From Centruroides vittatus (Eukaryota): a DNA stretch of 64,000 nucleotides. A program made the position numbers and the translations under genes. This document shows, in pieces, positions 49,956 through 63,666 of the stretch; the stretch's first letter is position 1, and every line of letters begins with the position of its first letter. The stretch is from the NCBI RefSeq assembly GCF_030686945.1, contig NW_027122681.1, forward strand, positions 1,738,938-1,802,937, in the 5' to 3' direction. Under the pieces are notes generated by a model. The model was given only the letters and a program-made list of their open reading frames with translations, did no database searches and was not told where the DNA came from.

Positions 49956-52900
49956 AAATTGCAGTCCAATAATACCCATTTGTAAAGGTACACATGTACA
50001 GTGGTACAGTGAAAGTAAAGAAATGTTAAGATTGTCATTGTAACATACTGATTTTTATTCAAATTTCACCTGAAGTTAAGTTATAATTTTGTCAAAAGTA
50101 CTTGTAAATTTTACTGTAATTAAATTTTACTAACTTCAATAGACAGTTTTCCTTTAATTATAGATTATTATTACATATTAATTATTTATTATATAAATTT
50201 TTATTTAAAATTAGAGAATTTTAAGTTTAATTGCTAAACCAAATAAAAAAATGATCCATTATCTGTCTTAAAAAAATCATTTTACATTTGACTCACAATC
50301 AAAATCACCATCAAAACATTTCTTCTTCTTCTTCTCGATAGGACCTATTCGAAAAATGGAATATATATTTCATAAAAAGCATTATGAGGTTTGACTTAAA
50401 CAATTAAAACAAGAAAAGACAATGCTGATTGAATTACAAATGCATAAGATATTATAAACAAAATGTACGAAAAGGTCAGAACACACTGGACAACAGAATA
50501 GAAACTTGATATAATATAATATGTTACAAAGTTTAAAGACTAAACAACACAAAAAGAAAAAAAAAAGGAAAGATTTTTCTGCGTAGAGTCTTCTATTCAT
50601 TCATTTACAGCTGTCGAAATACAATTAATGACAGTGGAGTTAATCTTTCTTTAGCGACTCTTCTCCACCCATAAGCATGCAAATTGTCTAAAAATTTTTG
50701 AATCACTTGTAAAATTAATTTTAAAAAAGTTATTTAAAAATTCAGGACGATAAAGAAAGGTCAACTCTGCTATTGTTAACCAACTGTTGTGAACAGACAA
50801 ATCGAAGACTTCATACAGAAAAATCTCCCTTTTCTTGTGTCGTTTAGTCTTTATATTTTGTAATATTTTAATATACATCATCCTTAATTTTTAAACAATT
50901 TTTTCAAAATTATTTTTTACTATTGACCGCAGCAGTGAAGAGCATTAAATTAATTTTTAAAAACCTAAAGTAGGTAATTCCATATTATTTTCAATCTTAT
51001 GTGAAGAAATGGGTAGAGAGCATAAGCATTTTCTCTTCAACTGCCATCGTAGCTAAGTAATACAACTTGCCGAAGGAAATTGCTTTGCTCATTTGTATGA
51101 ACTGAGACAAGTAGTTCAAGTCTTCCTCTCTGAGAGTATGAACTTAGTGACAAATTTACAGATGAGCAAGGGACATGAAGGTTAGCTTTCTTGATTTGAT
51201 ATCTTCCAGCAACAGAATGAGTTGAATAAACATCTATAGAGTAAACATACAACATCCTTCACAGTTCATGATAAAATAAAAGCTTTAAGAAAGAAACTTC
51301 ACTTTGCAACAAAAAAAGACATGAATGGGCAACTTCATTCTTTCCATTCTTAGAATATTTTTAGAAAAAATAAACTCGAGCTTTCTGGTTCTTTTACAAC
51401 ATAGACAACATAACGGAGCATTGTCTACATTTGATTGAAGACTTTAAAGAATATTTCTGAGAATTCAGACAGCAAGTTCTGGATGCAGAACTCTTTCTGT
51501 GGTAGAAGACTCCAGTCTACTAGACTTCTTTTCAACGAAAGGAAAGAAAGAAATTATCGAACTGTTCTATGATGAAATTTTTGAATTCAATTCAAAAAAA
51601 TATTTTTGACAGACTTTTGGTTGAGGACTAAATACATTTTCTCATATTGCTGTCCATGTCTTCAAGTTTATGATTCATTTCTTAACAACAAATCTATGTG
51701 AGAATGAGTTTTTATATTAAAAAGTAAGTACAGGTATCCCTCATATAACACAGTAGTTCTGTTCCGAAAAAGTGCCATGTTATACAAATCCATGCTATAC
51801 GAAACAAAGGACTAATGCAAAATATGGAATTAGGTTCCAAAAGTTAACAAAAGTATCCTATTCTTTTTTGTTACTAAGAGAAATATGTTTATTAAAGTAA
51901 TCGATAATTTATTTCCAATCAATGATTAATTAAAAATTACAATATTATGCATTAATATTAATTTTAGTTAAATGAGGGCATTTTCTTTTTACAAAGTATC
52001 GTTATCATCTGAGCATTTTTGTTGATCTTGGTCAGAAATATCAGCAATGTCTTCATTTTTCTTATTTTTACCATAAAAACTTTTATGGATGACAAAATAA
52101 AAATGCGTTATTAATCAAAAATTTTTTCTAGGGGCCCTCGTTTGTTTGGTCGAGTACCAAGCAATTTTTCTCCGGAATTTGTGTTTGAATACTGAATTAT
52201 TCGAGTTGGAAATTGTTCAAGTACTGAGATACCACTGTATCTGCACTTAAAAATTGTGAAATTTTGTACTGACAATTTCCTGAACTTTTGAACTGCTTTA
52301 GAGTGAATGTATGGGGGATATTCCTAATTTTCCAACTGTGTTAGAGCAAAACTGCATTGTAGAAATGCCTTGTTGTATAATGGATACCTGTAGTGCATAA
52401 ACTAAATTTGAAGTTGGATCTTTTCTTGAAAATTTTGACAGGACAATCAAACATCAGAAAGCCGTGTCAAAGGCACACATCTCACTGAAAACAAAGATGA
52501 ACCAATAAATAACCAGCCAAAAACAACAGCATAACTGGTTATTTATAGACCCACACTTACATTTGAGGATTCACAATCTCCAATTTCAGAGAACTTCAGA
52601 ATTAGGATTAGAGATTTTTATTTTTGAACAGGTTTAATTTTACTTCTTATATATTTTTTAAACTGATCATAACTAATCCCAATAAATGATGATGTTAAGA
52701 TAATAAAAGTAGGATTTTTATTAATAGTATATTTATTTTCAATAGATTAAAAACTACCTGCAAAATTACTGAGTCATAAGAATCTTTTAAAATTATCATA
52801 TGGAAAATATTACTGTGAGGAGTAGACCTTTGTTTAGATTAGTCATAGCCAGGGGTACAAAGTTTGAGAATAATTGTTTTATACTGAAATTAATAACATA

Positions 52901-53409
52901 TTAAAATTTAATATATTAAAAAATACAAAAGTACTTGATTGAAAACATATAGCTGTCCGTTCTTCCTCATTACATTCTGAGGACACAGATCCTCCTGCTA
53001 AATTAAAATAGAAACAAAATTAACTGAAAATGTTCATTAATTAATAAACGATGTAATATATTATTTTGAATAGAGATAATATTAATTTATTATATGCCCT
53101 AAGTTTAGATAATTTACTAATACCACACTTTTATTCCTCAGAATATTACTTATAATATACTAATGCTAGGTATGTTTTATACTTCATCATTTGAGAAATA
53201 TTTTATGAAGAATCCGTTTAAACTATGTGCTGTTGCAACAAAATTGTGTATTGGCACTAAATTATTTATTTCCATTGACTGCTATAGCATTCATATTTAG
53301 GTGAAATGAAAACCAAAAATAATTCAAAAGGATAATACCACAGTTTCCATATTTAAACTCAGAAATAATTTATCCAGTATGTTATTTCTCAAATGATATA
53401 CAGTAAATC

Positions 53410-54145
53410 CTTGTTAATTCGAACTAAAGTTCGAATCCCATTAGTTTGTAACTGTACTTTTGTCCTGGCGGGGATATAGAGATTTACACATTAAGGAATT
53501 CGGTTAGTTCTAAATATGGCTACTTCAAAATTAGAAGTGAAATTTCTGTCCAAACTGTCATATGCATACGTTAACTCATTCATTTCAATCGAAGTGATTC
53601 CATGCTGTAAGAGAACAACAGACCAAGAACAAATCTAATCTGGTCAATATGGCTTTGCTTTTACAGTAACACATTTTCAGGTGTCACCTTACCCATAAAC
53701 TACCCCTTTTGTTCTCTTACCTCTAAAATATGGCTAGTTTTCGGGATTGCATGACTGGGCTCTGAGTAGAAGACTGAGATATTTGTAGGGCTGTAGGTTA
53801 CTACATTCAGGCAATCTACTTTTTGGGCCATTTTAAAAATAATTTGGACTAGATTTCAAGGAATTCTGTTTTACATTTTATAAAAGCTATCTGGCGACCT
53901 GTGAGGTTCTCACTGAATACGTGCTGTTTACTTGCAGCTTATTTATATTATTATTAATAATTATTAATTAATGAAAATAGCAATTTGTATAGGTAGCTGT
54001 ATTCCATTTGCTTAATAAATTACATCAGTTACAGCATTTGGCAACTTATACAGAAATATATAAATCTCAGATAATTTGAAATTTGATAATTCAAAGTTGC
54101 GAATATTTTGTCCCCTGAATTTCGAACTAATGAGGATTTTCTGTA
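53410..54145. mobile_element. MITE family M2, copy 2.
   Basis: Collinear with 36575-37500: gtaactgtacttttgtc..gg.ggggatatagagat...atatggctttgcttttacagtaacacatttt...ctactttttgggc...gtgctgtttacttgca...tccatttgcttaataaat...cccctgaatttcgaactaatgaggattttctg. Confidence 0.55.
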
Positions 54146-54442
54146 TTTATTTTTAGTCAAGTGTAAACATTCTCTTATCAAGAAATCTGCTATTTTATCT
54201 ATTCATTTTGTTTTATATTCTCATTTGATTACAGCAACATACAATGGAATTTGTATTCTAAAAAATTATACACCACACCTTGAACGTATGTGCAATTATG
54301 TGTTACTGTATTTATGTGCTAAATTTCTAGTATTACAGTAACAGCTGTACATAACTGTTCTAGTAATTACAGTAGTACTGTTTTGAGTCTAATATTATTA
54401 GTAATAGAATTAGAAGTGACAATGATGTTAAGAGAGACATAC

Positions 54443-54552
54443 CTGAACGAGACTTAGACGATGCAGAATCTACTATTAAATCTTCATAAGTATAATCTGC
54501 TGACAAAAGTATAAAATCTGCTGCCAAAGGCATAGAATCAGTACAACGATAA
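54443..54552 (-). CDS. Exon 2 of a minus-strand gene, encoding (S)YRCTDSMPLAADFILLSADYTYEDLIVDSASSKSRS.
   Basis: Acceptor ttttgtatttttattatatgttag|TTATCG. Donor CGTTCAG|GTATGTC. The phase matches exon 1 (2+1). Confidence 0.4.
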
Positions 54553-55144
54553 CTAACATATAATAAAAATACAAAATAAGTTTCATAATCACAGTAAGAA
54601 AAATTTCATATTTTATTTTTTGATATTAACATAATACTAAAGCAGAAAATCTGATCATTAATTTTATATTAAGTTTTGATGAATGATATTCATTAAACTA
54701 CAAAACAAAACAAAGAACCTTTAAGAATCAGAACAAATATTAGAATTGAGATAGCTTTCTCAAAGTTAAATATGACCAGAGTACATTAAAATCATTTTGA
54801 CATTGTATTAGTCAACATATACAAATACTTTCCTGTAATAATGTATATTTTTTTAAATTAAATATATACTGTACTTAAACTAAAAATACACCATTGAAAT
54901 GACTGAATTTGATTTATATATAAATTTAGTTCACTTCAACAAGTTCAACTTTATATAATCTGTATTAATAAGCGTAAAAATAATCAACGTTTAAGCTTGC
55001 ATTGACAAAGAGTGAAATCAATTTTGATCCTGTTTGAACTCCCCAATACAAATAAACTTTTGCCATTTGATGCTCAATTTGTTTACAGATTGCTTACACA
55101 CAAACATAAATTGTGACATACACTATTATAGATCAAAAACTAAC

Positions 55145-55218
55145 CTTTCATTTAAATCTCTGGCAGAATAGCCTGCTTTATAAGAGAATTCTGAAGTATC
55201 GGAGTCATCAGTCTCCAT
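55145..55218 (-). CDS. Exon 1 (start) of the same gene: METDDSDTSEFSYKAGYSARDLNE.
   Basis: ATG at 55218..55216, with an in-frame TAG 10 codons upstream. Donor AAATGAAAG|GTTAGT at 55144. Confidence 0.4.
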
Positions 55219-55515
55219 CTCTTTGTGGAATTGACAAAGTTGCACGAACTAGCAAACATAAAATCAAACTTAATTTACTATTATATTGTTTATTCATGAT
55301 ATAGCAACATTTTTTTTAAGATACAATATATCAATATAATGTATAGTAAATAAATATCTCTACAAAGCAAAATATTGATGATCAAGAGAAAACCTTATAA
55401 GTCATGACACCACTGATTTCAGGCCGATACACTCAAGTTTAGCCCATAAAATCCAAAAATATGTGTTTTTCAATAGTCCAAATCCAAAATTTTTTATTGT
55501 GTTTTTTACTTAGAC

Positions 55516-55903
55516 CAGGGATGGGCAACCTGCGGCCCACATTCATATATTTTGCAGCCTACAATGCATAAAATGTGAATAAATATATCAATTTCCCAGC
55601 TTAAGGAAGTATGCAGCAAAAATTCAAACGTTATTTTCTACAACTTATGTATGTGCATAGTTTTTCCCGCAATGAATTTAGTAAAAATTAAAACAAGAAA
55701 CCGGCACATCAAAACGAATTTAAAACTAGCAGTGACATCAGTTCCAGAAGCTAAATTAAGTTTGCCTATGCTAATTTATAATTATATATGAATAAATAAT
55801 TCTGATTTACCAACATTTTTTTCTCTTTCTCTTGTATGCGGCCCGCATCAGTTCAAAAGTCTTAAAATGCGGCCCTTACATAGAAAAAGGTTGCCCATCC
55901 CTG
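55516..55903. mobile_element. hAT-type MITE of 388 bp with an 8-bp TSD ACTTAGAC.
   Basis: TIR cagggatgggcaacctgcggccc vs gggccgcattttaag...ggttgcccatccctg (compare the Ac-type CAGGGATG terminus). acttagac is duplicated at 55508-55515 and 55904-55911. Confidence 0.7.
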
Positions 55904-56699
55904 ACTTAGACCCTCATATATTGAAACCATTTAAAAAATGTAATAAAATTAAAACTTTTAAAAATACCAAAAAATTTCATACATTTATAATTAAATAATT
56001 AAAATAAAATGCACAGATATTAAAATGATTATATATAAATCATTAAATACTTTCGAACTATTGAGAAGAAAGCAGCTACCTCAACAAAACTGACAGTTTG
56101 AGTGCGGGAGAAATATTTGAGGACCAGTTTTGACTCACGATATCATTCAAAACGAACACAGGATATACACACTGTTCCAGATGCATATGAAATTTAAAAT
56201 TTAAATTTATTATATTATATTAATAAATGTTAAATAAAATTATAAACAAACGACATTGCAATCTGAATCTAGGTCCAAAAATGTTTCTCCTTTACTTAAA
56301 GTTTCTTTAAAGTAGCCACATTTTCTTCTCAATAGTTTGAAAATAGCATTAAGTCTTATAGAAGTTGCTGATATTTTCAAACTAAAATTTGTTTGAACAA
56401 AAAAATTTTGAGGATTTATAACAACTTCAATTACAAAAATTTATTATTTTATTTTAAAAATTACTATAACTACATTAAATAATACAATTACTTAACATTA
56501 GTCATATACATTTATTTTTAATGTTCCAATTTGGAGAACTGCTGTACGCACGCCATAAGTTAATCGTGCGGTGCATAATTTATTTTTTCAAATGTTATAT
56601 TGTAAATGAAATGATAAAATAAGCAAAATTAGAGTATTTTCATTGATTTTTATTTCAAAACCTTTGGGAATATAGTTAACAAACCTCTTAAATGTGACA

Positions 56700-56850
56700 G
56701 CCAGATTGCCGAGCGATTAAGGCGTCAGCATATCATTCTGGGGGCCAAAAATAAATCTGGGCGAGTCGAGAAAACCCCGAGAATTTTTTGGGGGTAGTCT
56801 GTCCCAGATACGTTGGGCCTCGTCCCCCCACCACCTGGCTGTCCCATTGC
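56700..56850. other. GC-rich tRNA-Ser/Leu-like fragment. Likely a tRNA-derived SINE head or a tRNA pseudogene.
   Basis: ttgccgagcgattaaggcgtcag resembles the D-arm region tggccgagcggttaaggcgtctg of tRNA-Ser. No intact anticodon stem or T-arm follows (gggcgagtcgagaaaacccc). Confidence 0.25.
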
Positions 56851-57987
56851 GGACAACCAGATGACAAGAGAGAATTTTTGTTCTTAACTTTTAATTCTGT
56901 ATTATATTCTACTCAATGTTAGATTCTATTCTGTTAGAAAAAAACATTTTGATTCTAAACTTCAATTCTGTTCTGTATCTATGTTGGCTAGAGAATGGCA
57001 TAATGTATGCCAAAAACACTTGCAATTAAATATATATGTAACTTCTATGCTTTTGTCTTTTGATCTAAAAATATTTTAAGCTTGAATACAAAATTCATCC
57101 TCACATAATGCATCCACCTTTCTATATTTATATTGTCTTTTGAGCAAATGTATTATGAATTATTTAAATTGATTGATGAAAATTTCTGTCCAACATATCT
57201 GTAGAATTACAAAAAGATTGTAGTTGTTATAATAATTAAAAGAACTCTGTAATTTCATGAATTGGTATATGCCGAGCTTACAGTTCTGTGTATGTTTTGA
57301 TTGAATTACAGTGCAACCCTGATTTACAAGAATACTTTGTTCCCAAAAGCCTATCATAAATCAAAAACCTCATAAATAAATAGAAATTTATTTGCTAAGA
57401 AACAAAGGTAATATATTGAAGCACCTCTACTTACTTTATAAGGTTGAACACTGATCATTATATAAATAAGTCAGCCTTTAACACTTATAAACATTTTGCA
57501 AGACAAATGTCTTGTTGCCAAATCAATCGACTATAGAATGATATTTATCATATAAATAAACCAATCGTCATCAAAGATTAGCTTCTTTAAATGTATAGTG
57601 TATGGTATTTGGTGTATAATGAAGCATTGTTTCATTGCACGAGGATGAACTATCTTATGTCGACTTCTAACAAAATTTGCATTTAAAGACTGTACTATAA
57701 AAGATTATTATAGTGTACCCTGTATTTTATTTTTATTTATTGGTACCAAGAATTAATATTAAAAAATAATATGCATAAATTTCATGTAAATGAAAACTAA
57801 TTATTATATTAAAAGAGTAAAATGCTAACTGAACTTTTCTATCTTCAAAAGAGTATTATTTTTTAATTAAATTATTAAAAAAAATACTATTTTAAACATC
57901 TCAAAACTAGTAAATATTCCAATGACATGACTTTCTTTGTAATTTAAGTTTAATTCTAACAACTTGTCAAAAGAGTTATATTTTTAA

Positions 57988-59159
57988 TAGTGATGTAACG
58001 AATAGTATATTTGGCCTCAGCCGAATACCGAATATTCGGCTAGGAGCGTGGCTGAATGGCCGAATATTCGGCCAAACTATTCGGCTTGCTTAACGTACGA
58101 AAATTGGCGCACAAACCGCATCATGGCAAGGATCGCGCACTCTGCTCTCTATTGGCCCGCTGTCACTACGATTTTTTCTTCCAGTAGATCTAAATTATTT
58201 AAATTAATTAATTAAATTATAATTATTAAAGTTAATATGAGATGGAGCCTAACGTCTACCTCTAGTGCCAAATTGGTTTATAATTTATGTAATAGCCGTA
58301 AATAGCCCGATATGATTCGGCAGTTGTTGGTATTTAGATGTAAGTTATAACTTACAAGTTATTTTATTTGCAATCAATCTTTTTAACTAAAATTTTGTTT
58401 TTACTACGTATTTGTAGACTGAATAGTGCCCTAAGGATATACTTTAGTGGGGACATATGGTCTAATTTCTGCCCAGTTGTGGAACAGTTCAAATATATTA
58501 TTGGGGGTTTTCTATTTGAGAAGTTTTGTGATATTTTGTTACTATTGTTTTTGTCAATATTTTTAAAATTAACATGATTTCAAATGTTATCTTTTGCATA
58601 TAATGAAAAATGCTCATTCTTTGCTTTATATATAAAATAAATTATATATTAGTTACTCATCTTCTAGAAATAGATAAATAATTCTTTCATTAAATACGAT
58701 AAGTTTCAATAAAACGTTTCGTAAATCATTTTAAAATATCGTAAAAATATAAAAATATACGCGAATACGAATATAACATAATTAACTAAACAATAATATT
58801 AATGCCCGATACATTCTAACCTACACGCCATCGATGCCATAAGATATCGGGCTATAGTATAAGATAAAGGCTATAATAATATTTAATTATGAAATAATTT
58901 AATACTAGAGTTAGATGCCATTTCTTATTAACTTTAATAATTATAGTTTAATTTTCAGCATTAATAAAAGTTACCAAAATGATTAATTTACTGTGTTTTT
59001 GTTATTTCTTACTCCTGTTTTTAGGTATTCGGTATTCGGCCAAATAGTCACTAAATATTCGGTATTCGGCCAAATATTGATTTAAATATTCAGTATTCGG
59101 CCAAATAGTGAAAAATAGGCCGAATACCGGGTAGTAACCGAATATTCGTTACATCACTA
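57988..59159. mobile_element. Non-autonomous hAT element of about 1.17 kb with an 8-bp TSD ATTTTTAA.
   Basis: TIR tagtgatgtaacgaatag...cgaatattcgttacatcacta (TAGNG start). Subterminal repeats aatattcggtattcggccaaata occur three times near the 3' end. atttttaa sits at 57980-57987 and 59160-59167. No intact transposase ORF. Confidence 0.7.
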
Positions 59160-60389
59160 ATTTTTAACATTGTTCTCGACCTCCTTCAGCTAGCGGTGTG
59201 TGCACAAGTTGGTCGCACACTAGCATGTCGGTGTACCACTAAAGATACTTTTACATGTATTAACAAAATGCAATGTTAAAGATTTGCAGTATTTTTACAT
59301 AAAAATAAGCAAATAATATTAAAATATAAACAGAAAATTAGCATTTTAAAATGATTTTCTGAATATTTATAGTTTATGTACAATAAGTTTGTGACACACC
59401 AGTTCATAACCACTGTACTAAACCATTCTTCTACAATCTAACCCATTGAAATTTTTCTATTTTTACATAAATTAACTAAGCCACACCCTTCTTCATTGCC
59501 TTAAACATTGCTAATTTAAAATTTATAGCTAAAAATATACTACATTTATTTTAATTGAATCAAACCAGCCATTTAGTTTCATTTGTAATTGTTTATAACT
59601 ATAAATAATTGAAATCAAAGACATTTAATCGACTTAATTCAGTACACAAAACACTTTCTATACCAAATTAAATTACTCAGAATTATGCTTTGATGCAATG
59701 TATTCTGTTGCAATATAATGTCGCGTAACTTTTATTTTAATGTGAAAAGTTTCAATTGTCGATTAACATAAATAAATTTAATATATTATTAAGAAAATAA
59801 TGTTAACCATACTCTATTTATTTTATAATGATATATTCTATATAACCTAAATGTATTTAATATTTGGAGGAAATTCAATTTCCATTTGACTTGATACATT
59901 GAGCTTATACTTGAGCTTATTTTCTGTAACTTGTGGTTAACTTTTATGATTTTGGCAATATAATTTACGTTAGATTAATGGTTTTCTCTCATATGTTTAA
60001 TTATTTAGATGTATGTATCAATGGCTATATTTTAAAGTATAAATCAATATATCTACAGCTAAATTTAGACTTGCTTTGGTCCTAACTTATAACACATAAA
60101 AAGCCCTTTACCCCACCCACTAAGGAACAATAAATTTAAGTTTGAAGCCCTAAAATTGTACCCTAATAATGAAAGATCAAGGCCATAACTTGTTTAATTC
60201 ATATGTGAATCTGATTTTTTTTGTTTCACAATAAAATGTCTGCATTTAAAACTTTTACACCAACAAAGAACCACAAAATTCCAAAATTTTCTTCAAAACC
60301 ACTACAATTGTCTTCTCAAGGTTAATACTAACCTACTTTTGTCTTTTAATAATCTTATTAGACAAGAGATATGTCTAAAGCAAACTCAC

Positions 60390-60531
60390 CATTTCTGATC
60401 ATTCCGAGTGCTAGACATTTCTGTAAGCGGCAATACTCACACCTATTTCTGTTTACTTTATCAACAATACAATTTTTCTGTCCCATGCAATAATAATTTA
60501 CTTGTTTAAATTGGCTCCTCCTGAAGAAACC
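60390..60531 (-). CDS. Exon encoding the second zinc finger of a nuclear hormone receptor DNA-binding domain: [47 protein letters not shown].
   Basis: Acceptor ttcctttag|GGTTTCTTCAGGAGG. Donor AGAAATG|GTGAGT. The C-x5-C-x9-C-x2-C spacing matches nuclear-receptor finger 2, and KCLxxGM matches the start of the T-box. The exon begins exactly at the conserved CK|GFF intron position. Confidence 0.8.
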
Positions 60532-61185
60532 CTAAAGGAAAACTTAAACATTAAAGAGTTTTAACTAATCACATTGACACAATTAATTTTTGTATATTGT
60601 ATAACTATATATAACAAGTATGGAACAGATAATGTTAAGCTGGGTATCCACATGAGTGATTTCATCACATCAAGTCAACATATAATCATGCAACTTTCAT
60701 GCAAACTGCATCACTGATATCCACTACACTTCATTTATACACTAACTGGTAGAAAGAACAGAGAGTAAATCAAAGATGAATGATGATGATACAACAATTT
60801 TAGTGATACATGTGTTGCTAGTATCACACCTGTTATAGAAAAAACAACAAACAAAAACAAAACATCAATTTATTATCATTTTTATCACTTTTATCTTTAC
60901 ATTTTCCATCCCTTTTATCTCAAGTTTCAGGAAAATTGTAAACTAGTATTAATTTCTCAGTTGCTGCATCTATGCACCAAGCAATTTTGTAGAATATGAC
61001 ATGAAACAACTTGACGGCAATTACTCATTATTGATTGGCTGCATTTGATTCATGTGATGAAAAAGGACATCCAGCTCAATCATCTAAATCATGATTTAGA
61101 CATTCATTTATTTGAAATCATTTGTGCACAGTGCCAAAAGTATTTAAATTCCTCATATAAGGAATACATTTAATTATCACTCTGA

Positions 61186-61232
61186 AAGTTACGCAACATC
61201 CCAGTATCATATACTGGGATGTTGCGTAACTT
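61186..61232. repeat. Perfect 21-bp inverted repeat with a 3-nt spacer.
   Basis: agttacgcaacatcccagtat cat atactgggatgttgcgtaact. It lies inside the nuclear-receptor intron. Confidence 0.7.
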
Positions 61233-63666
61233 TGTTGTATCGCAATAAAATTGAGGCAAAGCCAGAAAGAAATAAGCGATCCCTGAACTTATTAGGCACA
61301 GAAAAGATGATCCTTGTACCTGATGGATGTGAACAAGTGACTTTGGCACTTGACATCACCAAAAAAAAACTAACCTTGTACCTGCCAGCCATGGGAGAGG
61401 TGATCCTTGCACTTGCTGACATAGAGTGGCAATCTATGGTAACTGCTTTGTTCTTATGTTTTGTTTGTTTTTCAAGCCTATTTTTCGTTAGGCACACATA
61501 GTACTGTTTTTTTATTTTTCTCTCCTAAAATCTGTTACATTTGCTCAATTGCATCAGGGAGCATAGACATTGTCACATTGATCCCATTGTATATTGAAAA
61601 TGAAGTCATAGATACCTATTTTTTGCATTTAAATGGACCCTCATTACATTTTTGGATTCCTCATTGCAATTAATAAAAAATGGCATTGTTTTGTCAAAAT
61701 TGGCCCATCAGATTTTGAGAACAAACTCAATTCTATAAGCCCGTAGATGATGTGCTACCAACCATGGGGCATCACCCGACAAAGTCATGCAATTTTTGCA
61801 ATATTGCTCTGTCACACACATTCATGCCAAGACCTTCTTTCTCAAAACAAAGTCATGGATCCCCATTTTTGTAACATTTTTAAATTCCTCGTCACAATAA
61901 ATGGAAAATGGCAAAATTTTATCAAAATCAATCAAACAAATCATGAGACGGAATGCAATATTGTAAGCCGCATAGAAGAGGCTTTGCTAACACTCCACCT
62001 TAATTATAGATATGGTAGATAAGGTAACGTATTTTGCTAACAAAACAACATAGTAATAAGCAATTAAATAATAACAAATTAATTTAAATTATAAAAATCT
62101 AGAGACTGCTCTTGTTGAATTATTCTTAAAAAATACTCCTGAAGTACAGCTTTATTATTAATATATCCAGCTGGTAACAAGGACGCAAATCAGGTTTTTT
62201 TTTTTATCATCAGAGGCTTGAATTTAATTATCACTCTAATCCTATCCTTTTTTGATTGTAACCTGTAACCTTTTAAGTACATGACTGATCAATCCACAAG
62301 TGCAATAATAAATAATTTTCCTAACTCATGATTTGTTTTGTCATTTCAACAGATTGTATCATTGTGAATTTACTTTACTTTTCACTAATAGAAATTTAAC
62401 TTCGTTTTTAAGAACAGTAAAATAGTAATTACGTATTCATATCAGTTTTAATTTTCAGGAAATTATATTCATAAAAAGATATTTATATACAATAATTCAT
62501 TAAAAATGTCTAGTGCACAAACTGATAATGATAAATGGAATTGTGAATGCATTTTGGTACTAATATTAATGAATTTTAAACCACTATTATGATTATCATA
62601 AAGGCTCGCAGTCAAAATTTTTCAAAGTATTCATGGTCTGCCTAGAATTGCAAGCATAGAAAATATAATTGAAGATTTTCAAGCAAATTTTTGATAATGT
62701 AACAAATCAAGCGATAAAACTATAAAAATTTCAAAGAACTCGGTTGATTTTTTCAGGCTTATTCAATTATAATTCAGCAGAGCTCTGGTTAAGTTGAACT
62801 GTTTTGTCTGTGATCAAAGTTTGTATTGTATTGTATTGAATTTAAAGATAAGAAGGGCTATCTGTGTAAGCAACAGACTTTGCCCTGTGTGAAAAGGAAG
62901 GGAGAAGTAATAGAAAGTAGAATTAGAGGAAGAGGAAATAAAGGAGGAAAGGAAAGTGTGAAATAAGCAACCTTAAGCCCATGGGACCCCATGGGCGTCT
63001 GCCTCGCTTTTATTGAAAGAAAACAATTAAAGTATATTGAAGTCTGTGATCAAAGTTTAAAGAAATCACGCAACCACTAAATATGATTTTTTGCAAATAT
63101 ATACAACTTATCAATGAAGCTGAAATTTTGAAATTCAATCTCTGGGCTGAGATATTTAAGGTCAATGTTTATGCCCGTAAGGTCTAAGGTCTGATTGGCA
63201 AGCTGGCACACACTATGTGTCAAGTGAGTTTCCAATTGCTGTCAATTTACATTGATCTCTATGAAAATTATTTATTTTTATTATTTCATTTTATTATGAA
63301 TGACCTGTAGCAATAAGCCTGTGTTTTAACTGGTTGCTGCAGCTGGTAACACACATTTGTGTTTTAAATGTTTGACATTTTTGTCAGTTATGCCATTGGA
63401 CATGCACGTCCTCCCCAAAACCTGCACATTTTAAGCTACTTTAGACAAAACACCTAGTAGAATTTTTTATCATTACAGTATAATTCGAAACTTTTAACAA
63501 TTTATAATTATTTTTGTTTTAAAAGAAAAACATTAATGTATTAATTCATATAAACGATATCATTCCACAAAGAGAAGAATCATCTACATGATAAAGTTAT
63601 TATAATGCATAAATTAAATAATATTGCATTCAAATGAATCTGAAATTACTCTATATCAAAACATAC

